A DNA stretch of 64,000 bases. Origin: Myxococcota bacterium. GTDB lineage: Bacteria; Myxococcota; SpSt-1050. This document shows positions 1 through 9,657 of this stretch, piece after piece (position 1 is the stretch's first letter; every line of letters starts with the position of its first letter). The stretch spans positions 22,546 to 86,545 of the forward strand of contig JBMFOP010000001.1 of assembly GCA_049969675.1 (NCBI GenBank), given 5' to 3'. The notes under the pieces were generated by a model. It did not search any database, was not told the DNA's origin, and saw nothing but the letters and a program-made list of their open reading frames with translations. A program made the translations under genes and the position numbers.

Positions 1-464
1 TCTACTTCAGAATCTTTCAATATCTCTTTTTCAAACGGAAATATTACAAATACCTTTTTAAAATATCTCTTGAGATACTTAACCCTGTATCCCCTCCACG
101 CCCATATCTGAGGGATGATAAAGTAGTATAGATTGATGCCTTTATTGTAGAGAGTTCGTGCCAGTAGCATATTGAATTCGGGGTTGTCCACAAAAATTAT
201 ATCAGAAATCCTATGCCCGGTTATGTAATGATTTATCTCAATGAATGTTTTCAGATACAAAGAGAGTATATTGCCTTCAAGAGTGAGTCCATTGAATGAT
301 GGTATATAAATATTACTTCTCAATTCCTCCTGTATAATGGAGTAATCGGGGGCAACGATACGGATACTATTTATAAACTGTTTATCAATTTTATTTATGG
401 CAGGGAGGATGCTCTCAACTCCGGACCTCTCACCGGTTATTATTAAAAGTCTTTTATCTGTCAT
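1..464 (-). CDS. lpxB: lipid-A-disaccharide synthase LpxB, N-terminal part (gene continues past window start)
   Basis: Minus-strand translation from ATG at 464 gives MTDKRLLIITGERSGVESI...NMLLARTLYNKGINLYYFIIPQIWAWRGYRVKYLKRYF, the glycosyltransferase family 19 LpxB N-terminus and PQIWAWR motif. The ATG overlaps the rnhA stop (agatATGAcagaTAA). No stop is reached within the window. Confidence 0.65.
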   Translation of the reverse strand, partial: MTDKRLLIITGERSGVESILPAINKIDKQFINSIRIVAPDYSIIQEELRSNIYIPSFNGLTLEGNILSLYLKTFIEINHYITGHRISDIIFVDNPEFNMLLARTLYNKGINLYYFIIPQIWAWRGYRVKYLKRYFKKVFVIFPFEKEILKDSEV

Positions 465-1008
465 ATCTCTTTGTGAAATCCCTCCTTGAATCCATTGCCA
501 TATTTGCAAGTCTATCTGCCTCTCTGTTCTGCTCTCTCGGGATGTGTTTTATAGAGAAACTCTTGAATTTTTGAATCAACTCATTTGCCTTTCTATACAA
601 TGGAATCAGATTCGGACTCTTTACTAAATAGATACCCCGCATTTGTCTCTCAAGCAGCTCGGAGTCTGTATATACGGTGAGTGTGTTTGCCTTTAGCCTG
701 ATGCCATTTGAAAGCGCAAGTATTAGTGCATTATATTCAGCCTCATTGTTGGTAATGCTCTCAAAGTATCTGACACTCTCAATAAGCCTCCTGTTATTTC
801 TAAAAATTATGCAGGCGGATGCCCCACAGCCGGGATTACCCCTTGATCCCCCATCTATATATGCTATTAGTTCATTTTTGATAATATCTCCATTTTCAAG
901 AAGAGTTATAATTTCATTTACAACATTTTCAGCCTTATCTGTCTCTACCCCATATTTTATTAAGATGTTATAGATTCTATCCTTTAGGTCTTTTTTAGAC
1001 ATTAACAA
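454..1008 (-). CDS. ribonuclease HI-like protein (type 1 RNase H with N-terminal extension)
   Basis: 184 aa. The DGGSRGNPGxxA...NNEAEYxAL...YTDSELL...QNREADRLAN catalytic signature of RNase H type 1 is present. Confidence 0.8.
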   Translation of the reverse strand: MLMSKKDLKDRIYNILIKYGVETDKAENVVNEIITLLENGDIIKNELIAYIDGGSRGNPGCGASACIIFRNNRRLIESVRYFESITNNEAEYNALILALSNGIRLKANTLTVYTDSELLERQMRGIYLVKSPNLIPLYRKANELIQKFKSFSIKHIPREQNREADRLANMAMDSRRDFTKRYDR

Positions 1009-1746
1009 TCAGTTGCTATTTGCAGCCGGGTTCTCATCCAGTATCTCTTCAATGTAGATTATCCTCTGACAGCTTGGACAGGTCTCAATGGAGATAGCCG
1101 CATATACCTTGGTGAATAGTTGGGGAGGTATTCCCATGTGGCAACCCGCACAGGTCCCATTCACTATCGGGACGATTGCCAGTCCATTTCTTCGCTCCTT
1201 GATTCTGTCATATTCATTCAATATCTCCGGTTTGATTCCTCCTAATTGCTTCTTTCTCTCCTCAGTGAGTTTGTCTATATTGGCATTTATATCTTTTGCC
1301 CTGGTATTGAGCTCTTCCTCATCTTTTGCCAATCTCTCTTTAATAATATTTAATTGCTTCTCTTCCTCTGTAATCAGCCTCTTGAAGGAATCCATCTCCT
1401 CAAGTATTTTAAGCACCTCATCCTCCATCTCATCCAGTGCCTTTTTGAGTACCTCAATCTCATGCATCAGTGCTATTCCCTCTCTTGAATTCCTGGATTC
1501 ATTGAATCTCGCCTCCCACTTTTTGAGGTTGGTCTTTTCTACCTTAATCTCCTCCTCAATCTTATTCTTCCGTGTCTCCAGCTCCTTTATCTTTTCGTTC
1601 TTTTTGGCAATGGACTGCTCAATTGTGGATAACTCCTCAAGGGTGGTCTCTCTCTTCCTGTTTAAGAGATTCAGCTCGTTTTTGTATTTGTATATCTCAA
1701 CATCAATCTTCTGTATATTCCTTAATAATTTAAGTTGATTAATCAC
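1009..1746 (-). CDS. COG1579-type coiled-coil protein with C-terminal C4 zinc ribbon
   Basis: 245 aa, long Glu/Lys-rich coiled coil. C-terminus has CAGCHMGIPPQ...CPSCQRIIY (CxxC...CxxC). Sits directly downstream of an RNase H gene, a commonly conserved pair. AGGAGG RBS upstream. Confidence 0.7.
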   Translation of the reverse strand: MINQLKLLRNIQKIDVEIYKYKNELNLLNRKRETTLEELSTIEQSIAKKNEKIKELETRKNKIEEEIKVEKTNLKKWEARFNESRNSREGIALMHEIEVLKKALDEMEDEVLKILEEMDSFKRLITEEEKQLNIIKERLAKDEEELNTRAKDINANIDKLTEERKKQLGGIKPEILNEYDRIKERRNGLAIVPIVNGTCAGCHMGIPPQLFTKVYAAISIETCPSCQRIIYIEEILDENPAANSN

Positions 1747-1758
1747 CTGCTCCTCCTT

Positions 1759-1798
1759 GTTTTAAAACAAAAAGAGCCGCTTTTATGACTGCGGCTCT
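1759..1798 (-). terminator. Rho-independent terminator downstream of tRNA-Met (minus strand)
   Basis: Inverted repeat AGAGCCGC...GCGGCTCT (8-bp stem, 10-nt loop). On the minus strand it is followed by TTTTTGTTTT. Confidence 0.5.
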
Positions 1799-1883
1799 TC
1801 TCTAATATAAAGCTGAACCTTGCTATGTTCAAACGGTCTTTATAACGTCCTGTATAGTAATAAATATACATCTCTTAAAAAAC

Positions 1884-1956
1884 TGGGCCCACCAGGACTC
1901 GAACCTGGAACCAACCGGTTATGAGCCGGTAGCTCTACCACCTGAGCTATGGGCCC
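1884..1956 (-). tRNA. tRNA-Met(CAT), elongator-type; could be tRNA-Ile2 if lysidinylated
   Basis: Minus-strand sequence GGGCCCATAGCTCAGGTGGTAGAGCTACCGGCTCATAACCGGTTGGTTCCAGGTTCGAGTCCTGGTGGGCCCA folds as a 73-nt cloverleaf with 7-bp acceptor, TPsiC loop TTCGAGT and anticodon loop CTCATAA. G1-C72 is paired, so it is not an initiator. CCA is not encoded. Confidence 0.85.
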
Positions 1957-2038
1957 AGATGAAAAGGGTGTTAAACACCCAAACAGGGCGAGCAATGTAA
2001 TCCAATTTATGGATTTGGTCAACAGAAAATTTTAATAT

Positions 2039-2839
2039 TTATGAATTTTTTTCAAGTCTTAAGCCCTCCGGTATCGGACTGCCTTTGAAGTAGATTGTTG
2101 AATCTTCATCTACCTCAAAGAGACCGAGTGCAATGTAATCAAGCGTGAGAGGTAATATCTTCCAGTCTCCCCCTTCTTTTAGCCTATTCTGATTTATCTG
2201 CTCAGCGCTCTTTAGTTGTTCTTTATCTAACGGGTCAAATCCGTCTGGCAAAATTATCTCAACAGGTTCTGATATTAATAGCAGCCTTCCATTATCAACT
2301 ATCTCCTCTACAATATGTGTGCTTGAACGAATAAATCTCTCCTTTGCGAGAATGGCATCTCTTATGGGATGTGCCCCTACATATCTCCTCTTCCCATTCC
2401 TATCCCTGATACTCAAATCCGCTGGATGTACATTTATTGCAAGATATCTTTTGATAATCACATTTGTTAAGATGCTCATATAACCAGCAAGGACTATGAT
2501 ATCGGGATTGTATTTTTTTATCTTATCAAGCGAAATTTTATCAAACTCCTCCCTTATTGAGAGGTCCTTCTTAGGTAGCCCCTTTGATCTATAAAAGGCT
2601 TCTATATCATTTATCTCAACAGGGATATTGTGCATTTCTCCAATCCTCACGGCATTGGATTTGGGATTGTCAGTAAGAATCCCTACGACTTTATATAGGT
2701 ATCTACCTCTAATTTTTAATGTCTCTTCCTGATGTTCAATTATTTTTATAAGATTTGTCCCCGAACCAGATATAAATGCTACAACTTTGAGGATATCATC
2801 ACTTTTCTTAATGAGTCTATTAAGAACTTTCATATTCAC
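2039..2839 (-). CDS. formyltransferase family protein, PurN-like (phosphoribosylglycinamide formyltransferase-like)
   Basis: The N-terminal motif VVAFISGSGTNLIKII matches the PurN start. PDIIVLAGYMSIL and INVHPADL resemble the Formyl_trans_N core. A C-terminal extension of about 70 aa follows. Confidence 0.5.
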   Translation of the reverse strand: MNMKVLNRLIKKSDDILKVVAFISGSGTNLIKIIEHQEETLKIRGRYLYKVVGILTDNPKSNAVRIGEMHNIPVEINDIEAFYRSKGLPKKDLSIREEFDKISLDKIKKYNPDIIVLAGYMSILTNVIIKRYLAINVHPADLSIRDRNGKRRYVGAHPIRDAILAKERFIRSSTHIVEEIVDNGRLLLISEPVEIILPDGFDPLDKEQLKSAEQINQNRLKEGGDWKILPLTLDYIALGLFEVDEDSTIYFKGSPIPEGLRLEKNS

Positions 2840-2965
2840 CCCTTATCCCTGTTGATACAATGTTTTGTGGTTTCTTGCAAATACTTTAATTGCCTTTTGC
2901 ATCTGGATTACTTTTTCAATTGTTATAGAGATTTTGACAATATGACTGATTTATCAGCCTAATTT

Positions 2966-2996
2966 TTGACAAAATGTCAGACCTACCTTTAAAATC
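2966..2996 (+). promoter_or_regulatory. candidate sigma70-type promoter of the gsp operon with embedded palindrome
   Basis: TTGACA, an 18-nt spacer, then TAAAAT. The -35 region lies within the perfect palindrome TGACAaaaTGTCA. About 190 nt upstream of the gspC ATG. Confidence 0.25.
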
Positions 2997-3183
2997 TTGC
3001 TGTCTGGTATTCATCCAGTTAATTAGAATACTGACACCTTCTTCCCCATCTTTTAAAATTGAGGCGTAATATCAATAAATTACAGAATATCTTTCTCAAT
3101 TTTTGAGTGAACGATTTTGGCATATCACCCTATTTGTGGTATCTACTATTCTGGAATGCAAATTGAAAAATCAAAAAGCCACT

Positions 3184-4101
3184 ATGGTTGTTATATCATT
3201 TATTAAAAGAAATTTATGGCTATTAAATTTGTTCTTTATCTTCCTTTTCAGTTTCCTTATCTCCCAGTTTATATCTACATTCATAGAATTTAAGCTCAGG
3301 ACCCCTCCTGAGATACCAAAGTTCAATCCCCCATCTCTCTCATCTATTCAATCAATACCCTCAGAACAATCTAAAATTGAAGATATCAAGAGTAAGAATT
3401 TCTTGAAGACAGTTGTGGCAGGGCCTCCGCCTTCAATTGACACCTCGGTTGAGGTAAATGATGAGGGTCTGAATGAGGACCTGCCTGTGGCTGGAAGTAT
3501 AAATTACAAACTCGTGGGGACGGTGGTCTCCTCAATTGAGAGGTATTCTCTGGCAATATTAATTGACAATAGTACAAACACAACAGGTGTATATTCTGTG
3601 GGTGATCAACTTCAGGATGCAGTGATAACCAGCATTGAACGAAAGAGGATGTATTATAAACGGGGGAGGAGGATTGAATACCTTGATCTTGAAGAGGTGA
3701 ATAAAGAGAATGTTCCTAAGTTTAAGCCTGCACCAGCCGCGGTTGCCCCTCCATCTGAGGAGGGTGTAAGAAAGATTGCAGAGGGCAAATATGTTGTATC
3801 TCAGAGCGAGCTTGAAAGGACACTTACAAATTTAAACGATGTTGCGATGCAGGCCCGTATTGTTCCAAACTTTGAAGGGGGTAAGGCAAACGGATTTAAG
3901 ATATTCAATATAAAGGCAAATTCAATCTACGAAAAGATTGGATTAAAAAATGGTGATGTCATTCAAAAGATAAATGGCTTTGAGATAAATAGCCCCGATA
4001 AAGCCTTTGAGGTCTATCAGAAACTCAAGGATGCAAAGGCTATTAATGTGGAGATTAACAGGGGTGGCTCAAATATGACGCTGGATTATACAATAAGGTG
4101 A
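3184..4101 (+). CDS. gspC: type II secretion system protein C (GspC) with C-terminal PDZ domain
   Basis: N-terminal TM helix LWLLNLFFIFLFSFLISQFI and a Pro-rich linker. C-terminal PDZ-like GFKIFNIKANSIYEKIGLKNGDVIQKINGFEINSPDKAFEVYQ. First gene of the C-to-N ordered gsp block. The ORF track starts at TTG 3103, so the start is uncertain. Confidence 0.65.
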   Translation: MVVISFIKRNLWLLNLFFIFLFSFLISQFISTFIEFKLRTPPEIPKFNPPSLSSIQSIPSEQSKIEDIKSKNFLKTVVAGPPPSIDTSVEVNDEGLNEDLPVAGSINYKLVGTVVSSIERYSLAILIDNSTNTTGVYSVGDQLQDAVITSIERKRMYYKRGRRIEYLDLEEVNKENVPKFKPAPAAVAPPSEEGVRKIAEGKYVVSQSELERTLTNLNDVAMQARIVPNFEGGKANGFKIFNIKANSIYEKIGLKNGDVIQKINGFEINSPDKAFEVYQKLKDAKAINVEINRGGSNMTLDYTIR

Positions 4102-4118
4102 AGAATGAGGAGATTTTT

Positions 4119-6710
4119 ATGAATAGACGGATTTTGATTTTTCTTGCTTCAATATTTATGACCCTCTTCTCTTTTGAACTGATGGCGCAGGTGGAGAAGA
4201 GGCCATCTCTTAATATCCCAACCAAGGGGATATTGCGAGGTAAAGATGTATTGAATCCACAAAATCTGAAGAAGAAGAGGCCACCTCAGGAGGTTGTTGC
4301 ACCGGAGAAGGAGCAGAAGGCAGAAATCAAAAAGGAGGAGAATCTACCTAAGGGTGAGGTATTAAAGGGTGAAGAGAAGGTGGAGATATCGGAGGCATCG
4401 GAGTCCAGTTCCTGTCTCAAGAGCAGAGGGAAGGGACCATATAAACTTGATTTTAATAAGGCAGATATCATTGATATTGTGAAGTTTATCTCAGAACTCA
4501 CCTGTAAGAATTTCATTATTCCAGATAATTTACGACAGGGTAAGATTACAATTATGTCGCCGGAGCCGATCAGTGCTGAAGAAGTTTACAGGGCATTTCT
4601 ATCCGCCCTTGAGGTCAATAAGATTACCATTGTACCAGCAGGTAAATATCTCAAGTTGATGGGTCAGAGGGAATCCATCTCTTCCACAATACCAACAGTC
4701 GTGGGAGATGAGAAATACCCGATAGATGACCGTATGATAACCAAGATTGTAAGGGTGAAGTATGTTGACCCCAATACATTGCTTCCGACTCTTAAGCAGC
4801 TTGCGAGCAAGGATGGGGATATATTTCTCTATGCCCCGACAAATGCGCTGATTATAAGCGATACAGGTAATAATCTCTACAGACTTGAGAAGATAATGGA
4901 GGAGTTAGATAAGCCGGGCTTTGTTCAGGAGATCCACCTCTATCAATTGACCTATGCCGTTGCCTCCCAGATGGCTGAGAAACTGACCAATATATTTGAT
5001 GTTAAGGGTGGCCAGGGTGGCGCCCCGGCACCTACATTCAGGCCCGCCCCTGCACCCGGAGAGCAGGCACCTCCCTTGAGGGAGAAGAGAGATGATGAGG
5101 ATACAAAGATTTCTAAGATAATTGCGGACGATAGGACGAATAAACTTATCATAATTGCCACAAAGAAGTCTTTTGAAGATATAGTTGAGGTGATAAAAAA
5201 ACTGGATGTGCCAGTCCCCGGAGAGGGTCAGGTCCATGTTTACTATTTGCAATATGCAGATGCTGACCAGCTTGCCAACACACTCTCTCAACTTGCACAG
5301 GGGTATAAAGGTGCGAAGGGTGCATCTACCCCCAAACCACCTACGGCTGCCCCATCTGCCCCGGGTGCCTCTGCTGAACTCTTTCAGGGAGAGATCAAGA
5401 TCACCGCTGACAAACCTACAAATTCGCTTTTGATAATTGCCAATCAGAGTGATTACAAGAATCTTGTGAAGGTGATTGAAAAGTTAGATGTGAGGAGGAG
5501 ACAGGTATTTGTTGAGGCTGTGATTATGGAGGTCTCTCTTGATAAGAGGAAGAGTGCCGGTCTGGCATTCAATGCAGGGATGGGAATGGAATATGATGGG
5601 CAGAAATTTCCAGTCTTCGCGGGGACTATGCTTGGTGGACTCAATTCACTGGTCCTTGAACCTTCATCACTGGCGCAGCTTGGAGGCTTTATCTCCGGTG
5701 CTCAGGGTCCTCCAGTTGAAGGTGTGGAACTGGGTGGTGCTACCAAGATAAGTTTACCGAGTTTTGGTGTGATATTGAGGGCACTGCAGTCAAATTCAGA
5801 TGTCAATGTCCTATCAACCCCGCATATTCTGACCACGGATAATGAAGATGCTGAGATACTGGTAGGACAGAACATCCCATATCAGGCGGGCTTTACCTCA
5901 ACCCTCGGTGGGGCAAATCTGACCTCCTGGACACCGATAGTATCCATTCAGAGACAGGATGTGGCTCTCAAGATGAAGATCAAACCACAGATAAATCAGA
6001 GCGACTATGTAAAACTCAATATTGAACAGGAGGTCTCAGAGGTGGCAGGGACAGACCCCGTATTGGGTCCTACCACTACAAAGAGGTCTGCAAAGACTGT
6101 GGTCGTTGTAAAGGACCAGCAGACTGTCGCAATAGGTGGTCTTATGAGAGATAATCAATCTGTCTCTGTCTCAAAGGTCCCCATTCTGGGAGATATCCCA
6201 ATTATTGGATGGCTATTTAAGAGTAAGGAGACCAAGACGACCAAGACTAATCTCTTATTGTTCCTGACGCCGTATATTATAAATGATAAGGATGATTTTA
6301 GGAGGATATTTGAGAGGAAGATGAGAGAGCGGAAGGAGTTTATTGAGCGTTTTTATGGTGCAGGGGCAGAGTATGATATCTACATTGATTACAATAAGAA
6401 ACACGGGCCATTCTTTGAGATGAATAAGAAGATGGATTCTGAACTAAATAAATTTGAAAACGGTGGGAAAGGTGTAGATGATGAGATTCTGATAACACCG
6501 GATACTGACCTGAATATGATAAAACAGAATGAAAATCCTGCAAAGGATTCAAAAGAGCAGCAGGGGGTAGAGAAGAAGATAAATCTCAAGTCTCAGACAG
6601 AATCCCCGCCAGTGATAAAAGATAATGCCATTGTGCCCAATCAGGATAAAGTTGAGGGCGATAAGCCCCTAAAGAATGATGAGCAGAAGGAGCATTTAGA
6701 GGTGGAATAG
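4119..6710 (+). CDS. gspD: type II secretion system secretin GspD
   Basis: Signal peptide MNRRILIFLASIFMTLFSFELMAQ follows an AGGAG RBS. A GTG at 4098 overlaps the gspC stop. Repeated secretin N-domains, then the secretin core ...VPILGDIPIIGWLFKSKETKTTKTNLLLFLTPYII. Pro/Ala-rich linker inserts and a C-terminal tail of about 150 aa are unusual. Confidence 0.9.
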   Translation: MNRRILIFLASIFMTLFSFELMAQVEKRPSLNIPTKGILRGKDVLNPQNLKKKRPPQEVVAPEKEQKAEIKKEENLPKGEVLKGEEKVEISEASESSSCLKSRGKGPYKLDFNKADIIDIVKFISELTCKNFIIPDNLRQGKITIMSPEPISAEEVYRAFLSALEVNKITIVPAGKYLKLMGQRESISSTIPTVVGDEKYPIDDRMITKIVRVKYVDPNTLLPTLKQLASKDGDIFLYAPTNALIISDTGNNLYRLEKIMEELDKPGFVQEIHLYQLTYAVASQMAEKLTNIFDVKGGQGGAPAPTFRPAPAPGEQAPPLREKRDDEDTKISKIIADDRTNKLIIIATKKSFEDIVEVIKKLDVPVPGEGQVHVYYLQYADADQLANTLSQLAQGYKGAKGASTPKPPTAAPSAPGASAELFQGEIKITADKPTNSLLIIANQSDYKNLVKVIEKLDVRRRQVFVEAVIMEVSLDKRKSAGLAFNAGMGMEYDGQKFPVFAGTMLGGLNSLVLEPSSLAQLGGFISGAQGPPVEGVELGGATKISLPSFGVILRALQSNSDVNVLSTPHILTTDNEDAEILVGQNIPYQAGFTSTLGGANLTSWTPIVSIQRQDVALKMKIKPQINQSDYVKLNIEQEVSEVAGTDPVLGPTTTKRSAKTVVVVKDQQTVAIGGLMRDNQSVSVSKVPILGDIPIIGWLFKSKETKTTKTNLLLFLTPYIINDKDDFRRIFERKMRERKEFIERFYGAGAEYDIYIDYNKKHGPFFEMNKKMDSELNKFENGGKGVDDEILITPDTDLNMIKQNENPAKDSKEQQGVEKKINLKSQTESPPVIKDNAIVPNQDKVEGDKPLKNDEQKEHLEVE

Positions 6711-6714
6711 ATAT

Positions 6715-8415
6715 ATGGAACTCTTAGGCGAGATAATAGTAAGGGAATTCTCTCTTGAGCCGTCAAAGATTGAAGAGGCTTTACTGGTCCAGAGACAGAA
6801 AGGTGGCAGAATAGGAGAGATACTTATTGGTATGAGGGCAATAAATGAGCGACAGCTTGCAAAGGCACTCTCAATTCAGTCGGGGGTACCTCTTGCAGAT
6901 ACCATTAAGGCTGAGAAGGTGGACATTGAGCTTATCAAAGACCTGCCGATAAATTATCTAAAACAACATAGATTGATCCCTGTTGAACTGAATGAAAGGT
7001 ATGTTCTCATTCTGATAGCAGACCCTTATAATCTGACTCCGATTGATGTGGTAGCCTCCCTCTTTAAGAGGCCATATAGACTTATACTCGCCCCGTCAGA
7101 TGAGGTGATATCAGTAATAAATGGGGTATTTGACAGGAAGTCTCAGGAGGCTGAGGCGGTGATGGATGATATGGCGACAGCCAATTTAGGAGAGCTCGCA
7201 TCCGAACTGAATGAGCCTCAGGACCTTCTGGACGCCGGTGATGAGGCACCTATTATTAGACTTGTAAATTCGCTCTTTGCTCAGGCAATTCGTGAGAGGG
7301 CATCTGATATTCACATTGAGCCGTATGAGAAGGAGATTGTTGTAAGGTTTCGCATTGATGGTGTTCTGTATGAGATAATTAAGCCAGCCAAGAGATTTCA
7401 TTCAAGTATCTGCTCACGCATCAAGATTATGGCGGGACTCAATATCGCCGAGAAGAGACTCCCTCAGGATGGGAGGATAAGATTTAAGATAGCAGGAAAA
7501 GATATTGATGTGAGAGTGAGTGTGATTCCGACTGCCCACGGTGAAAGAATTGTAATGAGACTTCTGGATAAGAGTGCGGTTATTCTGGATCTGGAGCAAC
7601 TCGGTATTTTTGATGATAAACTCAAGGTGGTCAGGGAGCTCATCAGGAGGAGTCACGGAATTATACTCGTCACCGGTCCTACTGGCTCCGGTAAGACCAC
7701 AACTCTATATGCTGCACTTTCAGATATAAATTCGCCGGATATCAATATACTCACCGCAGAGGATCCAATAGAGTATCAGATAAAGGGTATCTCTCAACTG
7801 CAGGTAAATCCAAAGATCGGATTGACATTTGCAGGGGCATTGAGGTCATTTTTGAGGCAGGACCCTGATGTGATTCTCGTAGGGGAGATAAGAGATCTGG
7901 AGACAGCAGAGATAGCCATTCAGGCATCACTCACCGGACATCTGGTCCTGTCTACACTTCACACAAATGATGCAGCGACTGCTGTGACCCGATTGGTGGA
8001 TATGGGTGTTGAACCATTTCTGGTAGCAAGTTCACTCCTTGCAGTAATGGCACAGAGATTGGTCAGGGTTGTATGTCCTGAATGCAGAGTACCATATATG
8101 CCGACTTATGAAGAGATGGCAAAGATTGGGCTCTCTTCTGAGGAGGTAAAGAAGAAGGGATTTATCTATAAGAGTCAGGGCTGCGTAAAATGTATGAAGA
8201 CAGGTTATGCAGGTAGAATCGGGATATATGAACTCCTGATAATAGATGATGAGATTCGCCATCTGGTTCTCAAGAATACAGATTCAACTCAGATAAAAAA
8301 GCTCGCTGTCTTGAAGGGTATGGATACTTTAAGAGATGATGGGGCGAAGAAGGTGCTTCAGGGAATAACCACCATTGATGAGGTCCTGAGGGTCACTCAG
8401 GAGGATGTCTTTTAA
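6715..8415 (+). CDS. gspE: type II secretion system ATPase GspE
   Basis: 566 aa. N-terminal GspE_N/MshEN-like domain, Walker A GPTGSGKTT, Asp box, Walker B DPDVILVGEIRD, and a tetracysteine motif CPEC...CVKC. Confidence 0.9.
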   Translation: MELLGEIIVREFSLEPSKIEEALLVQRQKGGRIGEILIGMRAINERQLAKALSIQSGVPLADTIKAEKVDIELIKDLPINYLKQHRLIPVELNERYVLILIADPYNLTPIDVVASLFKRPYRLILAPSDEVISVINGVFDRKSQEAEAVMDDMATANLGELASELNEPQDLLDAGDEAPIIRLVNSLFAQAIRERASDIHIEPYEKEIVVRFRIDGVLYEIIKPAKRFHSSICSRIKIMAGLNIAEKRLPQDGRIRFKIAGKDIDVRVSVIPTAHGERIVMRLLDKSAVILDLEQLGIFDDKLKVVRELIRRSHGIILVTGPTGSGKTTTLYAALSDINSPDINILTAEDPIEYQIKGISQLQVNPKIGLTFAGALRSFLRQDPDVILVGEIRDLETAEIAIQASLTGHLVLSTLHTNDAATAVTRLVDMGVEPFLVASSLLAVMAQRLVRVVCPECRVPYMPTYEEMAKIGLSSEEVKKKGFIYKSQGCVKCMKTGYAGRIGIYELLIIDDEIRHLVLKNTDSTQIKKLAVLKGMDTLRDDGAKKVLQGITTIDEVLRVTQEDVF

Positions 8416-8425
8416 GAGGTAGGAT

Positions 8426-9646
8426 ATGCCAGTCTTTGAGGTAAGAGGATTTGATTCGCAGGGCAAATCAATAAAAGATGTCTTTGACGCAGATAGTGAA
8501 AAGGCATTGAAGCTTCAACTAAAGAGAGATGGCATATTTATTGAGCAGATAGTAGAGAGAGGGTCAGGGAGGACCAGACGCCAAGAGCTGGATTTCTCAA
8601 AGTATTTTGAACATATAAATATTGCTGACCTCTCTGTGGTTACAAGACAGCTTGCCACTCTGGTTAAGGCTGGTATCCCGCTGGTAGATGCAATAGCGGC
8701 GCTTGTTGACCAGACCTCAAATATGAGATTTAAACAGGTTTTATCAGATATTAAGAATAGACTGAATGAAGGTTCAAATCTGGCTGATGCCCTCTCACAC
8801 TATCCAAAGATATTCTCTAACCTCTATGTGAATATGGTAAGGGCGGGTGAGACCTCCGGTATGCTGGAGATTGTTTTAGAGCGAATTGCTGACTATACAG
8901 AGAACCAGGCGAGGCTTAAGTCAAAGATTACCGGTGCACTCACATATCCTGTAATAATGCTCTTTGTGGCTATTGGAATTATCTCGTTCTTATTTGTTGC
9001 AGTGGTCCCAAAGATTACGAGGATATTTGAGGAGATGAGGGCATCTCTGCCGCTCCCCACAAAGATTCTAATTGCGATCTCATCCTTTGTGCGTGACTAC
9101 TGGTGGTTGTTATTTTTGATTATCGGAATGACTATTTATTTTACATTAAAGTACATCAGAACCCCTGCAGGTAGGGTGAAGTTTGACAGATTGCTCCTTC
9201 AGGCGCCAATCATAGGGGAGATTACCAGAATGCTTGCAATGGCGAGATTTTCAAGGACATTATCCACGCTCTTGAAATCTGGAGTGCCCATACTTCAATC
9301 AATGGATATCGTGAAAAATATCCTGAACAATCAGATACTGGTCTCGGCACTTGAGGAGGCGAGAAATTCAATCAGGGAAGGTGAGAGCATTGCAATCCCT
9401 CTAAAGAAGAGTGGTCAGTTTCCACCACTTGTAATTCATATGATTGCAGTAGGAGAGAAGTCCGGACAGTTAGAGGATATGTTAAATAATGTGGCTGATA
9501 CTTACGACTATCAGGTGGATGCAAGGTTGAGTGCACTCACCTCATTGCTTGAGCCTTTTATGATATTGAGTATGGGTGCGGTTATCTTCTTTATGGTTAT
9601 ATCCATATTGCTTCCAATCTTACAGCTTAATGAATTTATTAAATAG
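8426..9646 (+). CDS. gspF: type II secretion system inner membrane platform protein GspF
   Basis: 406 aa with two GspF repeats and 3 TM segments, typical T2SSF architecture. Confidence 0.85.
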   Translation: MPVFEVRGFDSQGKSIKDVFDADSEKALKLQLKRDGIFIEQIVERGSGRTRRQELDFSKYFEHINIADLSVVTRQLATLVKAGIPLVDAIAALVDQTSNMRFKQVLSDIKNRLNEGSNLADALSHYPKIFSNLYVNMVRAGETSGMLEIVLERIADYTENQARLKSKITGALTYPVIMLFVAIGIISFLFVAVVPKITRIFEEMRASLPLPTKILIAISSFVRDYWWLLFLIIGMTIYFTLKYIRTPAGRVKFDRLLLQAPIIGEITRMLAMARFSRTLSTLLKSGVPILQSMDIVKNILNNQILVSALEEARNSIREGESIAIPLKKSGQFPPLVIHMIAVGEKSGQLEDMLNNVADTYDYQVDARLSALTSLLEPFMILSMGAVIFFMVISILLPILQLNEFIK

Positions 9647-9657
9647 GAGGATAAAAG

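Noticed and set aside
677-1738. Plus-strand ORFs 677-973 and 1088-1738 (98 and 216 aa)
   Set aside because: They are antisense to the RNase H and zinc-ribbon genes. Their low-complexity Ser/Leu/Ile-rich translations are typical of the reverse frame of a Glu/Lys-rich gene.
4286-6589. Minus-strand ORFs inside gspD (4286-4516, 4905-5291, 4952-5161, 5453-5644, 6340-6552, 6389-6589) and plus-strand out-of-frame ORFs 5206-5433 and 5539-5751
   Set aside because: They are embedded in the strongly supported secretin gene on the opposite strand or in another frame. No motifs, no RBS.
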